Shown: positions 1-10,224 of the stretch, in pieces
Layout: each line of letters opens with the position of its first letter
How positions within the stretch are numbered: the first letter of the stretch is position 1
Source of the DNA: Nannocystis pusilla
GTDB taxonomy: Bacteria; Myxococcota_A; Polyangia; Nannocystales; Nannocystaceae
DNA: 64,000 bases
Assembly (NCBI RefSeq): GCF_051105105.1
Contig: NZ_CP185339.1
Direction: 5' to 3' (one strand)
Translations under genes and position numbers: made by a program
The notes under the pieces: model-generated
What the model was told of the DNA's origin: nothing
The model's input: only the letters and a program-made list of their open reading frames with translations
The model's database searches: none

Positions 1-936
1 GACGAGCTGCTCGGCAACATCGCCTACCGCTTCGGCGTGGTCCACGAGGAGGTCCTCGGCGACGTGCTGATCCGGGCCCGCAAGACCGGCGAGCGGTTCG
101 GCGTAGCCGCGGTGGCGATGGGGGCCCTCACCGAGGAGCAGGTGCTGAGCCTGCTCGGGCGCCAGGTCGAGGAGGTCGTGTTCTCGGTGCTGATGGCCGA
201 CGACGGCCTGTACGCGTTCCTCGACGGCTACGAGGACTCGCGCCTGCCGTTCCGCCAGGTCCACAGCGCGACGTCGTTGCTGATGCACCTGATCGTGCGC
301 CTAGACGGCATCCGCTACTTCCGCCCGTGGATCCCGTCGTCGCAGTACATCCCGAAGAAGCGGCCGGGCGCGCTGGCCCCGGGCAACGAGGTGATGCCGC
401 TGTGGAACGCGATCGACGGGACCCAGAGCGTCGAGGCGCTCGGCCGCTCGACCGGGCTCGGCGAGTTCCAGGTCACGGAGATGCTGTTCCAGCTGACCCA
501 GTCGCAGCACGTGATCATCCTGCCGCCGCGGCTGCGCGGCGGGGCGGCCGAGGCGGTCGAGCTGGCCAACACGGCGCTGCGGGCGATCCACCAGCGCGCC
601 GACATGGCCGGCCGCGGCACGGTGTTCCGCAACGCGATGGCCGGGTTCGCCCGCGGATCCTACGACGACCTGTTCCGCGGGGCAGGTCCGTTCGAACACG
701 GCGGCTTCAACGGGCAGATGATCGACCGCAACGCGATTCAGACCTGCCGCGCCCTTGGCGGCGAACCCGAGGTGCTGGTCCGCGAGATGATGTACGATTA
801 CGTGGCGTTCGCCCTGCTGTCGTGCGGGGCGTCGATCGGCAAGGCCGACGAGCAGGCCCTAAGCCGCGAGGTCGAGCCGCTGCTGGCCAAGCTGCGCCCC
901 GCGAGCCAGTCGGGGATGTTCCGCCTCAACAAGTGA
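1..936 (+). CDS. hypothetical protein, possibly DUF4388-like; 5' partial (reading frame is open from base 1, the track ORF starts at an internal GTG at 37)
   Basis: Frame 1 has no stop from the window edge and the translated composition is protein-like. Only weak motif resemblance. Confidence 0.5.
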   Translation, partial: DELLGNIAYRFGVVHEEVLGDVLIRARKTGERFGVAAVAMGALTEEQVLSLLGRQVEEVVFSVLMADDGLYAFLDGYEDSRLPFRQVHSATSLLMHLIVRLDGIRYFRPWIPSSQYIPKKRPGALAPGNEVMPLWNAIDGTQSVEALGRSTGLGEFQVTEMLFQLTQSQHVIILPPRLRGGAAEAVELANTALRAIHQRADMAGRGTVFRNAMAGFARGSYDDLFRGAGPFEHGGFNGQMIDRNAIQTCRALGGEPEVLVREMMYDYVAFALLSCGASIGKADEQALSREVEPLLAKLRPASQSGMFRLNK

Positions 937-1047
937 GCCGCGGCGTCAGGCCGGGGCGTAGAACGCTCGCAGGCCGAGATAGACGGCCACGGCGAGGAAA
1001 GAGTACGAGGAATCGAAGGCAGCGGCGAATGTGCGCATCCCGCTGGC

Positions 1048-2049
1048 TCACGGGATCGGCGAATCGTCGTCGTCGTAGACGTTGCCCTCGATGATCGGGT
1101 CCGGGTCGTCGAGGGTCCACGGGCCGTAGCCGTGGCCGCGGCCGAAGCGGTTGTGGAGGATCTTGGTGCCCATCGGCACGGTCTCGCCGGTGCCGCGGAT
1201 GTTGAGGGTCCAGCCGCCGCCGTCGAACCAGTTGCACTCGAGGGTGAGGTCGATCGTGGCGCCGCCCAGGTCGCCGGTCTGCACGGCGGCGTTGCTGGCC
1301 CCGGAGATGTCGTTGTGGCGCAGGGTGACGCCGGCGCCGCCGGTCGACTGCACGCCGTCGTTGTGCTCGTCTGGCCCGTTGGACAGGTCGTGGACCCAGC
1401 AGTCCTCGATGAGGACGTTGCTGTCGGCCTTGAAGCCGTCGGCCGTGCCGTGGACGTTCAGCCGACGCGCGGTGTAGTTGGCGAACGAGATCGCCGCGGT
1501 CGCGTTGCCGGACAGGCCCTCGATCTCGCTGTCCTCGACCACGAGGCCGACGTTGTCCTCGTCGAAGTAGCGGATCGGGTAGTAGTCGTCGGTGCGGATC
1601 CGTACGTGGCGGATCGTGACGTCGTCGGCCAGCACGGTGATCGTGCCTTCGATGTCGAGGCCCTCGACGACGGCGCCGTCCTCGTCGACGGTGACGGGGC
1701 CGCTCGGCACGAGGCGCACGCCGGGCGGCACGCCCGTGTTGTCGGGACCGGGACGAGGGCCGTCGCACGGGCCCAGCGGCTCGCCGGTGGTCGTGCTGGT
1801 GGGGCCGGCGGAGGTGTCCGTGGTGGGCTCGCCGGAGGTCGTGCCGGTGGGTTCGGCGGTGCTGGTGGTGGTGGGCTCGCCGGTCGTGATCGTGGCGGTC
1901 GAGGTGGTGGTGTCCGTGGTGCTCGAGGTCGTGTCGTCGGTGGTCCCGCTGCTCGTGGCGACCGTCGCTCCCTCGGTCTCGGCGGGCGCGGGCGCGCCTC
2001 CGCAAGCCGTCACCAGCGCCACGCTCGCGCACCACTTGAAGCTCCGCAT
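1048..2049 (-). CDS. secreted lipoprotein with Thr-rich linker and right-handed beta-helix (pectate-lyase-like) domain
   Basis: Signal peptide ending in the lipobox LVTAC, then a Thr/Ser-rich linker and repeated beta-helix-like segments. Confidence 0.6.
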   Translation of the reverse strand: MRSFKWCASVALVTACGGAPAPAETEGATVATSSGTTDDTTSSTTDTTTSTATITTGEPTTTSTAEPTGTTSGEPTTDTSAGPTSTTTGEPLGPCDGPRPGPDNTGVPPGVRLVPSGPVTVDEDGAVVEGLDIEGTITVLADDVTIRHVRIRTDDYYPIRYFDEDNVGLVVEDSEIEGLSGNATAAISFANYTARRLNVHGTADGFKADSNVLIEDCWVHDLSNGPDEHNDGVQSTGGAGVTLRHNDISGASNAAVQTGDLGGATIDLTLECNWFDGGGWTLNIRGTGETVPMGTKILHNRFGRGHGYGPWTLDDPDPIIEGNVYDDDDSPIP

Positions 2050-2226
2050 CGGTCCGACCTCCGCGCGGCATCTTCGACGCGGCGGCTCAGGCCGTCAACC
2101 CGCGGCCAGGCGGCGCGCGCTCGCCCGTGCCGCTGCCAGACCCCGGGCCGGCTCACCGCGCCGCTGTCGCGTCGAACATGTTCACGAGGACATGGCCGAA
2201 TAACCATGCGCCTAAGAGCATGTCCG

Positions 2227-2667
2227 CTAGGGCATGTTACCGGGGTGCAGGGCGACGACGGTGGCGTCGATGTCGAGCTCGAGGTCGACCGGCTGGTCGT
2301 GATCGAAGGTCTCGAGGTAGCGGTCCCAGTCGCAGCGGGTGGAGGCTGCCAGCCGCACGCCGCCGGGCGCGGCGGCGATGCGGAAGCCGAGCGCGCACAC
2401 GTCCTGGCCGCCGGGATAGAGGGTGACGTGGCGGCCGAGCAGGGCGCCGACGACCTCGTCGAGGGCGCGCAGGTCGACCGACACCTCGGCGCCGATCAGC
2501 GCCTCGGGCGAGCGCGGCCCGGGGACGACGGTGCCGGCCAGCCACAACGTCGCGCCGGCGTGGTCCAGCGCGAGGTTCCAGTCGGCCTCGGGGGCGAGGC
2601 AGTGGTAGAGCTCGAGCGAGGCGCTGCGGAAGGTCCAGGTCTGCTCGCCGATCCGGATCCGGCTCAT
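2227..2667 (-). CDS. hypothetical protein
   Basis: 146 aa ORF with non-repetitive composition on the same strand as its neighbours. Confidence 0.4.
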   Translation of the reverse strand: MSRIRIGEQTWTFRSASLELYHCLAPEADWNLALDHAGATLWLAGTVVPGPRSPEALIGAEVSVDLRALDEVVGALLGRHVTLYPGGQDVCALGFRIAAAPGGVRLAASTRCDWDRYLETFDHDQPVDLELDIDATVVALHPGNMP

Positions 2668-2739
2668 GCCGCCTCCATACCACGGGAGGCGGGCCGTAGG
2701 GCACCTGGCCGAACAGTCAGGTGCCGGGAGACGAGCCGC

Positions 2740-3759
2740 TCACTCCGGCTGGGAGCCGTCGCAGGCGCCCGGGTCGGACTGCCACTTGTCACAGTAGCGA
2801 TCGGCCAGGAGGCCGCCGCGGCCGCTGTCGAAGTCGCCGCAGGTGCTGATGTCGTCGATGGCGTCGAGGCAGGTCGGGAACTCGTAGGGGACGCCGGCGT
2901 CGTCGAGCATCTTGAGGCGCCGCTGGTCGCCGACACAGACGGCGCCGTCCGGGCCCCACTCGGCCTCGATGCCCCAGTTCTGCAGGGTCAGCGTGGCCGG
3001 ACCCTGGATCGCCGGGCTGAGGCCGTCGAACACGTCGATCGGCGTGCCGGTGAAGGTGTGCGGGGTGCCGTCGCCGCAGTAGTCGGCGCGGGCCAGCCGC
3101 GTGCACGCCTGGTGGTGGTCGGCGAGCGAGACGCCCCCGACGGTGGCCCACGGGCGATAACCCCACTCGACGCACTTGGCGAGCACGGCGTCGCGGCAGG
3201 CGAAGGTGACGACGCTGGCGTCGTCGTTGCGGTCGCCGGTGACGCTGTCCCACCAGTTGCCGATCGCAATCGCCTGAGTCGGCTGGCCGACGTGGTCGTA
3301 GCAGAGGCTGGACCAGGTGCCGGCCTCGACGTCCTGCACGGCGATGTCGTAGAACCACACGTCGCCGTCAGGGTCGGCCGGGTCGAGGAAGATGTCGTCG
3401 AAGCGCAGGACGTAGGTGTCGGTGCCGCTCTCGAGGGTGAGCAGCGAGCCGATGAGGTCGTCGCCGCTGACCTGAACCGGGGTGCCGTCGACGACCATGG
3501 TGGCGGAGAAGCTGCTGCCGTTGAGGTTGATGCCGTTGAGGTTGATCCCGTTGATGGTCCAATCGTTCATGCGCATGCCGTTGAGGTTGATGCCGTTCAT
3601 GCGCATGCCGTTGAACTGCGTCCCGTTCATCTGGGCGGAGTTCAACTCCAGTCCGTTGCCGACGTCGCTTCGCAGCGTGACCGCCGTTTGAACGTCGTTT
3701 TCGACGACATCACAGGCCACAACCGAACAGACCAGTGCCAGCCAAATCCCTCGAGTCAT
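2740..3759 (-). CDS. ADYC-domain lipoprotein with tandem NG(I/M)xL(N) pentapeptide-like repeats
   Basis: Lipoprotein signal (LVCSVVAC), the run MNGINLNGMRMN, and the motif ADYCGDGTPHT. Confidence 0.55.
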   Translation of the reverse strand: MTRGIWLALVCSVVACDVVENDVQTAVTLRSDVGNGLELNSAQMNGTQFNGMRMNGINLNGMRMNDWTINGINLNGINLNGSSFSATMVVDGTPVQVSGDDLIGSLLTLESGTDTYVLRFDDIFLDPADPDGDVWFYDIAVQDVEAGTWSSLCYDHVGQPTQAIAIGNWWDSVTGDRNDDASVVTFACRDAVLAKCVEWGYRPWATVGGVSLADHHQACTRLARADYCGDGTPHTFTGTPIDVFDGLSPAIQGPATLTLQNWGIEAEWGPDGAVCVGDQRRLKMLDDAGVPYEFPTCLDAIDDISTCGDFDSGRGGLLADRYCDKWQSDPGACDGSQPE

Positions 3760-3960
3760 GGTCCCATCTTCTCCTGACCTCTCGGCATGATCGAGGTCCT
3801 TCGGGCGCGCAAGGTGACCGAAATCTGTGCGCGCGGGCGGACCCAGCCGTCTCCGTGTGCGGCCCGTTCGAGGGCTCCACGGTTCGTAGGTCCGTCACAC
3901 TCACCCGGGAGCGGAACGAGCAATGCCACGCCGCGACATCGCGCGGGCGGCCGGAAACTC

Positions 3961-4000
3961 GAAAGGAAATCGCGGCAGTGTGACGCCGGCGATGGCCGTC
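3961..4000 (-). terminator. Rho-independent terminator candidate downstream of the plsC-like gene: 15-bp perfect stem cgcggcagtgtgacg / cgtcacactgccgcg, 10-nt loop, T-rich tail on the minus strand
   Basis: Perfect inverted repeat seen directly in the sequence, followed on the minus strand by tttcctttcgagttt. Confidence 0.45.
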
Positions 4001-4088
4001 ACACTGCCGCGATGACCCGGGTCCCACATCTCCGCCGTCGCGACTTGCAGACGGAGGATTCACCGACCCCGATCGCCGACTCGGGCGA

Positions 4089-4883
4089 TCAGGCGCCGGA
4101 GGCGATCGGCGTGGCGTCGGAGGGGATCGGCGCGGCGCGGCCGGGCACGATGCCGCGCTCGGCGAAGTCGGCGATGATCTTGTGGGCGCGCTCCATGACC
4201 TGCGCCAGCTCGGCGTCGGACAGGCCCTTCGTCTCGATCGGGGCGCCGACGTAGATCGTGATCTTGGTCGGCGTGAGCAGGTACGAGCCCTTGTGCATCA
4301 GATCGTACATGCCGTGCGTGGCCAGCGGAATGACGGGGAGGCCGGCGATGCGGGCCATCCAGAACACGCCGCGCTTGAACTCGGCGACCTTGCCGTCGAG
4401 CGTGCGGTGGGCCTCCGGGAAGGCGAGGATCGAGATGCCCTTCTTGGCCCGGTCGCGCGCGGCCTCGGCGATGGCGCGGTAGCGGTTCTTGCCGTCCGGC
4501 ACCGGGATGCCGTCGGCCAGCTTCATGATCCAGCCGTACATCGGGATCTTGAACTGCCAGGCGTTCATCAGGCCGCAGAAGGCGTGCGGGATCGAGGCGC
4601 AGGCGGCGTGCGCGTCGAGCAGGTTGACGTGATTCATCATGAACACGCCGCGCCGCTCGGGGTCGAAGTCGGGGTCGTAGATGATCTCGACCTTCGACAG
4701 GGTGATCTTGAGGACCGCGCCCATGCCGGGCCCGCCGATGTAGTTGTGGGTCTTGCGCGACGGGACGACCGTCGACACCGCGGCCCACGTGACGGCGACG
4801 GCGCCCATCCACGCGAACGAGACGGTCCACACCGCGGCCGAGTAGACGACCTGAGCTGCCTTCTTGAGGATCTTGAACACCAT
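4089..4883 (-). CDS. 1-acyl-sn-glycerol-3-phosphate acyltransferase (PlsC/AGPAT family)
   Basis: HX4D motif (NHVNLLD), an FPEG-like block and an N-terminal membrane helix. Confidence 0.75.
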   Translation of the reverse strand: MVFKILKKAAQVVYSAAVWTVSFAWMGAVAVTWAAVSTVVPSRKTHNYIGGPGMGAVLKITLSKVEIIYDPDFDPERRGVFMMNHVNLLDAHAACASIPHAFCGLMNAWQFKIPMYGWIMKLADGIPVPDGKNRYRAIAEAARDRAKKGISILAFPEAHRTLDGKVAEFKRGVFWMARIAGLPVIPLATHGMYDLMHKGSYLLTPTKITIYVGAPIETKGLSDAELAQVMERAHKIIADFAERGIVPGRAAPIPSDATPIASGA

Positions 4884-4887
4884 TACA

Positions 4888-5796
4888 TCACGTCCGGACG
4901 TCGAGCGCGCCGGGGACGACCTCCAGCCGGCGCGGGTTTATCTTGATCATCTCGCCGTCGACCATGACGTCGATGTCCTCGGCGAGGCGGAGGTCGAGGC
5001 CGGGGGCCTGGTAGCAGCGCACGGCCGGGTGCTGCACGTGCGTGCCGCTGAAGATCTTGGGGAAGGTGCGCAGCAGGCCGACCCGGCCGAGGCGACCGAC
5101 CCGGATGATGTCGAGCAGGCCGTCGCGCGTGTTGGCGTCGGGCGCCATCATCATCTTGCCGCCGGTGAAGCGGCTGTTGTTGAACGAGAGGAAGGTCAGC
5201 GGCTCGCGGTCCTCGGGGTGACCGTCGATCTGCATCGGGAAGGTGTAGGGCCGCAGCGCGGCGACCCGCAGCACGGTGCTCAGCGTGTAGCCGAACTCGC
5301 CCAGGGCCGAGAAGTTGCGGTTGCGGGTGGCGCCAACGTTGGCGACAAAGCCGATGCTGAAGATGTTGATGAAGTGCAGCGCGCCGCGGGTGTGCGTGCA
5401 ACGAACGAGGTCGCACGGCCGGGTCTTGCCGGCGATGATCGCCTCGATCGCGTACTCGGCCCCCTGATCGGTGAAGTCGCGCAGGAACGAGTTACCTGTC
5501 CCGAGGGGCAGCATGCCGAGCGACGGGCGCTCGCCCTCCGGCAGCGCCCCGGAGAAGATGCCGTTGATCAGCTCGTAGCTGGTGCCGTCGCCGCCGACGG
5601 CGATAAAGTGGCGCCGACCGGCCGCGACGGCCTCGCGCGCGAGCTCGGTGGCTTGACCTGCGGCCCGCGTCTCGACGACGTCGACCTTGATGCCCGACTG
5701 CCGCAGCCGGTCGACGACCGCGGGCGCCCGCTTGCCGCACACGCCGCCGCCGGCGGCTGGGTTGACGACTGCGAGGAGGGTGGCCGAATCGTGCAT
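4888..5796 (-). CDS. lipid kinase with diacylglycerol-kinase catalytic domain (YegS/BmrU family)
   Basis: GGDGT motif and the NPAAGGG N-terminus typical of DAGK_cat. Confidence 0.7.
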   Translation of the reverse strand: MHDSATLLAVVNPAAGGGVCGKRAPAVVDRLRQSGIKVDVVETRAAGQATELAREAVAAGRRHFIAVGGDGTSYELINGIFSGALPEGERPSLGMLPLGTGNSFLRDFTDQGAEYAIEAIIAGKTRPCDLVRCTHTRGALHFINIFSIGFVANVGATRNRNFSALGEFGYTLSTVLRVAALRPYTFPMQIDGHPEDREPLTFLSFNNSRFTGGKMMMAPDANTRDGLLDIIRVGRLGRVGLLRTFPKIFSGTHVQHPAVRCYQAPGLDLRLAEDIDVMVDGEMIKINPRRLEVVPGALDVRT

Positions 5797-5873
5797 GCGG
5801 GCATGCTATCAGGCCCCGGAGGGCCGTGGAGGGGCGGATGGCCGCGGGAACGGGGCGGCGCGGCCGCGGCGGT

Positions 5874-7589
5874 TCACAGGTCCCGCAGGGCGGCGTCGCG
5901 GCCGAGCGGCTTCAGCTCGCGGGCGAGCGGGTCGCGCTTGATCTTCTGCGAGGCGGTGCGCGGGAATTCGCGGTCCCACAGCACGTAGGCGGAGATCCGC
6001 TTGTAGTCGGCGAGCCGGAGGTTGCGCTTGCGGAAGGCGTCGATGAGGTCGGCGCGGCCGGCCTCGTCGAGGCCCGACTTGGGCCGCACGACGACGATGA
6101 GCTGCTCGTCGGTCATCTTGCCGGTCGGCCAGATGAAGTTGGCCGCGAACACGCAGAACTCCTCGCAGTCGTCGATGTCGCCGAAGGCGGCCTCGATGTC
6201 CTCGGGGTAGACGTTCTTGCCGCCCTCGGTGACGATCATGTTCTTGGTGCGGCCGAACAGCTTGAGGTGCCCGGCGGCGTCGATGCTGCCGAGGTCGCCA
6301 GTGCGCAGCCAGCCGTCGACGATCGCCTCGCGCGTCAGCTCGGGCGCGTCGAGGTAGCCGAGCATGACCGTGGGCCCGCGCACCCACACCTCGCCGACGC
6401 CGGCGTCGTTGACGTCGCGCAGCTCGATCTCGGTGCCCTCGACCGCCTTGCCGACGCTGTCGCCGCGGAACGGCTTGAGGTCGTTGACGGTGAGGACGGT
6501 GCCGGCCTCGGTGAGGCCGTAGCCGATGGCGACCGGCAGGCCGAGGCGGTTGAAGTACTCGGCGCTCGCGCGGTCGACGAAGGCGCCGCCGCAGAACATG
6601 AGCCGCAGCTTGCCGCCGAAGTACTCGTGGATCGGGGCGAGCAGGGTCTTGCTGAGCCGGTGGTCGGGCGCCTGGCGGGTCGCGTACTCGTTGAGGTCCA
6701 TCAGGCCGTCGAGCACGAGCCGCTGCCACTTGGGCAGCTCGGCGATCTTCTCTTTGATCTTCTTCTCGAGGGTCTTGAGGATCGTCGGCACCAGCGCCAT
6801 GTGGGTGACGCCGTAGCGCTTCATGGTGCTGGCCAGGTAGGCCGGCCGCAGGGTGCGCTGGTGGACCACCGCGCCCCCCATCATCAGCGCGAGCAGGAAG
6901 CCGCACATGAAGTCGATGGCGTGGTTGGTCGGGAGGATCGAGAAGTAGCGATCGCCCTCGCTCAGCGGGTAGAGGTTGCCGAGGGTCTCGGCCTGGGCGA
7001 GGTAGTTGCCGTGGCTGAGCTGGCAGCCCTTGGCGGTCCCGCCGGTGCCCGAGGAGTAGACGATGCAGGCGACGTCCTCGCGGGCGCGGGCGTGGTAGGT
7101 GAAACCTGCTCCTTGGGGCAGGTCCTCCCAGCGCACCGCGCGACCGATGCCGGCGCCCTCGGGGGCCTCGGTGACGATGACGAGGGTGCGCTCGAAGATC
7201 GAGGGGTCCTCGCGCTGCAGCTTGTCCCACGCCGGCCACTCGGCGAGGACGACGCGCGGGCGGCAGTGGGCGAGCAGGGCGTGCTGCTCGGGCGCGGTCA
7301 GCTTGTAGTCGATCGGGACCAGCACGGCGCCGGCCCACAGCGCCCCGGTGGCGCCGATCAGCCACTTCGACTGGTTCTGCATGACGATCGCGCAGCGATC
7401 GCCGGGGCCGAAGCCGTGGGCCTGGACGGCGCCGGCGAACCGCTCGGCCGCGGCCCGCAGCTCGGCGAAGGTGTGGCGCGAGTTCTCGCGGTGGCGATCG
7501 GCCTCGATCAGCGCGGTCCGGCTCTTGTACGTGATGGTGGCGTCACGCAGCGCCTCGCCGAGGCAGGACAGCTTTCCCAGGTCGAGCAT
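5874..7589 (-). CDS. AMP-dependent synthetase/ligase (long-chain acyl-CoA synthetase)
   Basis: YSSGTGGTAKG adenylation motif, 571 aa. Confidence 0.75.
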   Translation of the reverse strand: MLDLGKLSCLGEALRDATITYKSRTALIEADRHRENSRHTFAELRAAAERFAGAVQAHGFGPGDRCAIVMQNQSKWLIGATGALWAGAVLVPIDYKLTAPEQHALLAHCRPRVVLAEWPAWDKLQREDPSIFERTLVIVTEAPEGAGIGRAVRWEDLPQGAGFTYHARAREDVACIVYSSGTGGTAKGCQLSHGNYLAQAETLGNLYPLSEGDRYFSILPTNHAIDFMCGFLLALMMGGAVVHQRTLRPAYLASTMKRYGVTHMALVPTILKTLEKKIKEKIAELPKWQRLVLDGLMDLNEYATRQAPDHRLSKTLLAPIHEYFGGKLRLMFCGGAFVDRASAEYFNRLGLPVAIGYGLTEAGTVLTVNDLKPFRGDSVGKAVEGTEIELRDVNDAGVGEVWVRGPTVMLGYLDAPELTREAIVDGWLRTGDLGSIDAAGHLKLFGRTKNMIVTEGGKNVYPEDIEAAFGDIDDCEEFCVFAANFIWPTGKMTDEQLIVVVRPKSGLDEAGRADLIDAFRKRNLRLADYKRISAYVLWDREFPRTASQKIKRDPLARELKPLGRDAALRDL

Positions 7590-7823
7590 CTAGCGCCTCG
7601 CGTCGATCTTCTGCGCCAGGGCGGCGAAGGTCTTGATCCCCTGGAGCTCGTAGTCGGGCAGCTCGACGTCGAACTCGTCCTCGACGTCCGAGATGAGCTC
7701 GACGGCCTGGAAGCTGTCGATGCCGAGGCGCTCGAACAGGTCGTCCTCGGCGCGGAGCTGGGCCGGGTCGGCGCCGAAGCGCTTGGCGGCGAGACGGATG
7801 AGGGTGTCGAGGGAGGTGCTCAT
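7590..7823 (-). CDS. acyl carrier protein
   Basis: 77 aa acidic protein with a GIDSFQAVEL phosphopantetheine-attachment motif. Confidence 0.7.
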   Translation of the reverse strand: MSTSLDTLIRLAAKRFGADPAQLRAEDDLFERLGIDSFQAVELISDVEDEFDVELPDYELQGIKTFAALAQKIDARR

Positions 7824-8593
7824 GGCAGGTACGGTCTCAGGTCGGTGGACTCGACGAAGCGCTTGAGGGCGGCCAGCAGCGCCGGGCCCTCGGCGAGGCG
7901 GACGAACAGCTCGCGCTCGGCGAGCAGCTCGTCCTTCGGGAGCTTCTTGATGAAGGCCTTGGCGGCCTCGCGCGCGGTCTTGTCGAACTTGGCGGTCTGG
8001 GCCGCGAGCGCGCGCGCGGCGGTGATGCCCTCGCCGCTGGCGAGGACCTGGCTGACGAGGCCGGCCGCCAGCGCCTTCTTAGCGTTGATGCTGCGGCCGC
8101 TGAGCAGGAGGTCGCGGATGAGGCCGTTGCCGACGTCGCGGCGCAGCCGCGGGATGCCGCCGAAGCCGGGGATGATGCCGAGGCGCAGCTCGGGGAAGCA
8201 GAAGCGCGCGGTCTTCTCGGCGATCAGGACGTCGCAGGTGAGCGCGAGCTCGAAGCCGCCGCCGAAGCAGACGCCGTGGACGACGCCGACGGTGGTCAGC
8301 GGCAGCATGTCGAGGTCGTCCATGACGCCGTGGATGGCGTCGATGAACTGGCGGATCTGCGGCCCGTGCTGGTCCTTCGGCGCGTCGGACAGGCCCCGGT
8401 AGAGCTCGCGCAGGTCGGCGCCGGCGCAGAAGCCCTGGCGCAGGCCGCTGCGCAGGATCAGCGTGTGCGCGTCGCGATCGATCTGGTCGAGGAAGCGGCG
8501 CAGATCGGCGAGCATGGTCGTGCCGATCTCGTTGCACGGCGGCGTGGCGAGGGTCAGCTCGTACACGCCTTCGCTGTAGGTCCAGTCGATCAT
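7820..8593 (-). CDS. enoyl-CoA hydratase/isomerase (crotonase) family protein; true start MIDWTYSEG at 8593, the Arg-rich N-terminal extension in the track is spurious
   Basis: Crotonase fold motifs (GFCAGADL, CFGGGFELAL). The ATG at 8593 overlaps the stop of the upstream gene (ATGA). Confidence 0.7.
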   Translation of the reverse strand: MIDWTYSEGVYELTLATPPCNEIGTTMLADLRRFLDQIDRDAHTLILRSGLRQGFCAGADLRELYRGLSDAPKDQHGPQIRQFIDAIHGVMDDLDMLPLTTVGVVHGVCFGGGFELALTCDVLIAEKTARFCFPELRLGIIPGFGGIPRLRRDVGNGLIRDLLLSGRSINAKKALAAGLVSQVLASGEGITAARALAAQTAKFDKTAREAAKAFIKKLPKDELLAERELFVRLAEGPALLAALKRFVESTDLRPYLP

Positions 8594-10224
8594 GACGCGT
8601 AGGCCTTGTCGATCTCGGCGCGGTAGCGCTGCTCGACGGCGCGGCGGCGCAGCTTCTGGTTGGCGGTGAGGAGGCCGTTCTCGATCGTGAACGGCTCGGC
8701 GACGCGGATGAAGGCGCGGACCTTCTTGTAGTGCGGGACGCTGGCGTTGACGACCTCGAGCGCGGCGTCGATGGCGTCCTTGGGCACGTCGCCGGGGACG
8801 ATGATGCCGAGGAACGGCCGCGCGTGGCCGACCAGCATGCACTGCTCGGCCTTGGGGCAGGCGGCGAGGAACTTCTCCTCGATCGGCTCGGGGGCGATGT
8901 TGTGGCCCGACTCGGGGACCAGGATGTTCTTGACGCGGCCGATGATGCGGACGTTGCCGGTGGCGTCGAGGTCGCCCTGGTCGCCGGTGTGGAACCAGCC
9001 GTCCCTTATCGCCTCGGCGGTGGCCTGCTCGCGGCCCCAGTAGCCGGCGAAGATGCCCGGGCCGCGCACGAGCAGCTCACCCTCGTCGGAGATCTTGATC
9101 TCGCAGCCCTGGATGGCGTGGCCGACGTAGCCGGGGCGCACGCCGCCGGGGATGTCCATGGTGACGATCGCGGTGGTCTCGGTCAGGCCGTAGACCTGGT
9201 AGACCTGCACGCCGACCAGCTCGAACCACCACTGCGTCTCCTCGGCCAGCGCCGCCGAGCCGCAGATCAGGAACTCGAGGCTGGGACCGATCTGCTGCTT
9301 TACCTTGCTGAAGACCAGCTTCTTGGCGGCGGCCAGAGTGAGCCTGTCCAAAAGGCCAGCCTTGCCCTCGCGCTCGGCGCGAAAGGCGGCCTGGCCGCGG
9401 TTGTACAGCGCGAGGGCGAGGCCGCCGCGCTCCGCGATCTTCTTGCCGACGCCGTTCTTGATCCGCTCGAGCACCGCCGGCACGTTGAGGTAGTAGTGCG
9501 GGTCGGCGGCGCCCATCTCGGCGACGAGGTTCTGCAGGTCGGTCGACAGCAGCAGCGGGTTGCCGCGGTACAGCTGCGTCCACAGCATGACGCGCGAGCC
9601 GGCGAAGCAGAACGGCAGGAAGTGGAACACCTTGTCGGCCCGCTTGCCGCCGGTGATGCGGTCGACGCTGCCGCGGGTCTGCGGCAGCATGTAGTCGACG
9701 TTGGCGCGGGTGAGGACGACCCCCTTGGGCTCGCCGCTGGTGCCGGAGGTGTAGATGATGGTGACCGGGTCGGTCGGCGCGACCGGCCGCGGCGGCTCGT
9801 GCACGGGCTCGCCGGCGAGGACATCGCGCAGGTCCTCGATCGGGCAGTGCTCGGGCCAGGCGCCCTGCAGGCCGGCGGCGAGGTCGGGGCCGTCGGCGAT
9901 GACGAGCACCGGCGTGCAGTCCTTGACCATCACCGCGAGCTCTTTGGGATCCTGGCGGCTGTAGAGCGGGACGACGATCGCGCCCTCGAACAGGATGGCG
10001 AGGTCGGCGGCGACCCAGCGGGCCGAGTTGGGCGCGAGCAGGGCGACGCGGTCGCCCGGCTTGACGCCGCGGCCGCGCAAAAAGCCGCGCGCGTGGGCCA
10101 CGAGGTGCAGCAGCTGCGCGGCCGAGGTCGGCCGGCGCTCCTTGCCGTGCAGCTCGATGAGGAGCTGATCCTCGCGGGTCTTCTGGACCGCGCCGTGGAT
10201 GACTTCGAGGAAGTTGTCGCTCAT
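8590..10224 (-). CDS. fatty-acyl-AMP ligase / AMP-binding enzyme; true start MSDNFLEV at 10224
   Basis: TSGTSGEPKGV adenylation motif. The start codon overlaps the stop of the upstream gene. Confidence 0.75.
   Translation of the reverse strand: MSDNFLEVIHGAVQKTREDQLLIELHGKERRPTSAAQLLHLVAHARGFLRGRGVKPGDRVALLAPNSARWVAADLAILFEGAIVVPLYSRQDPKELAVMVKDCTPVLVIADGPDLAAGLQGAWPEHCPIEDLRDVLAGEPVHEPPRPVAPTDPVTIIYTSGTSGEPKGVVLTRANVDYMLPQTRGSVDRITGGKRADKVFHFLPFCFAGSRVMLWTQLYRGNPLLLSTDLQNLVAEMGAADPHYYLNVPAVLERIKNGVGKKIAERGGLALALYNRGQAAFRAEREGKAGLLDRLTLAAAKKLVFSKVKQQIGPSLEFLICGSAALAEETQWWFELVGVQVYQVYGLTETTAIVTMDIPGGVRPGYVGHAIQGCEIKISDEGELLVRGPGIFAGYWGREQATAEAIRDGWFHTGDQGDLDATGNVRIIGRVKNILVPESGHNIAPEPIEEKFLAACPKAEQCMLVGHARPFLGIIVPGDVPKDAIDAALEVVNASVPHYKKVRAFIRVAEPFTIENGLLTANQKLRRRAVEQRYRAEIDKAYAS

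Noticed and set aside
3860-3900. tRNA-like T-loop sequence (ggttcgtaggtcc)
   Set aside because: No acceptor or anticodon stem can be folded around it and it lacks the GTTCRANYC consensus.
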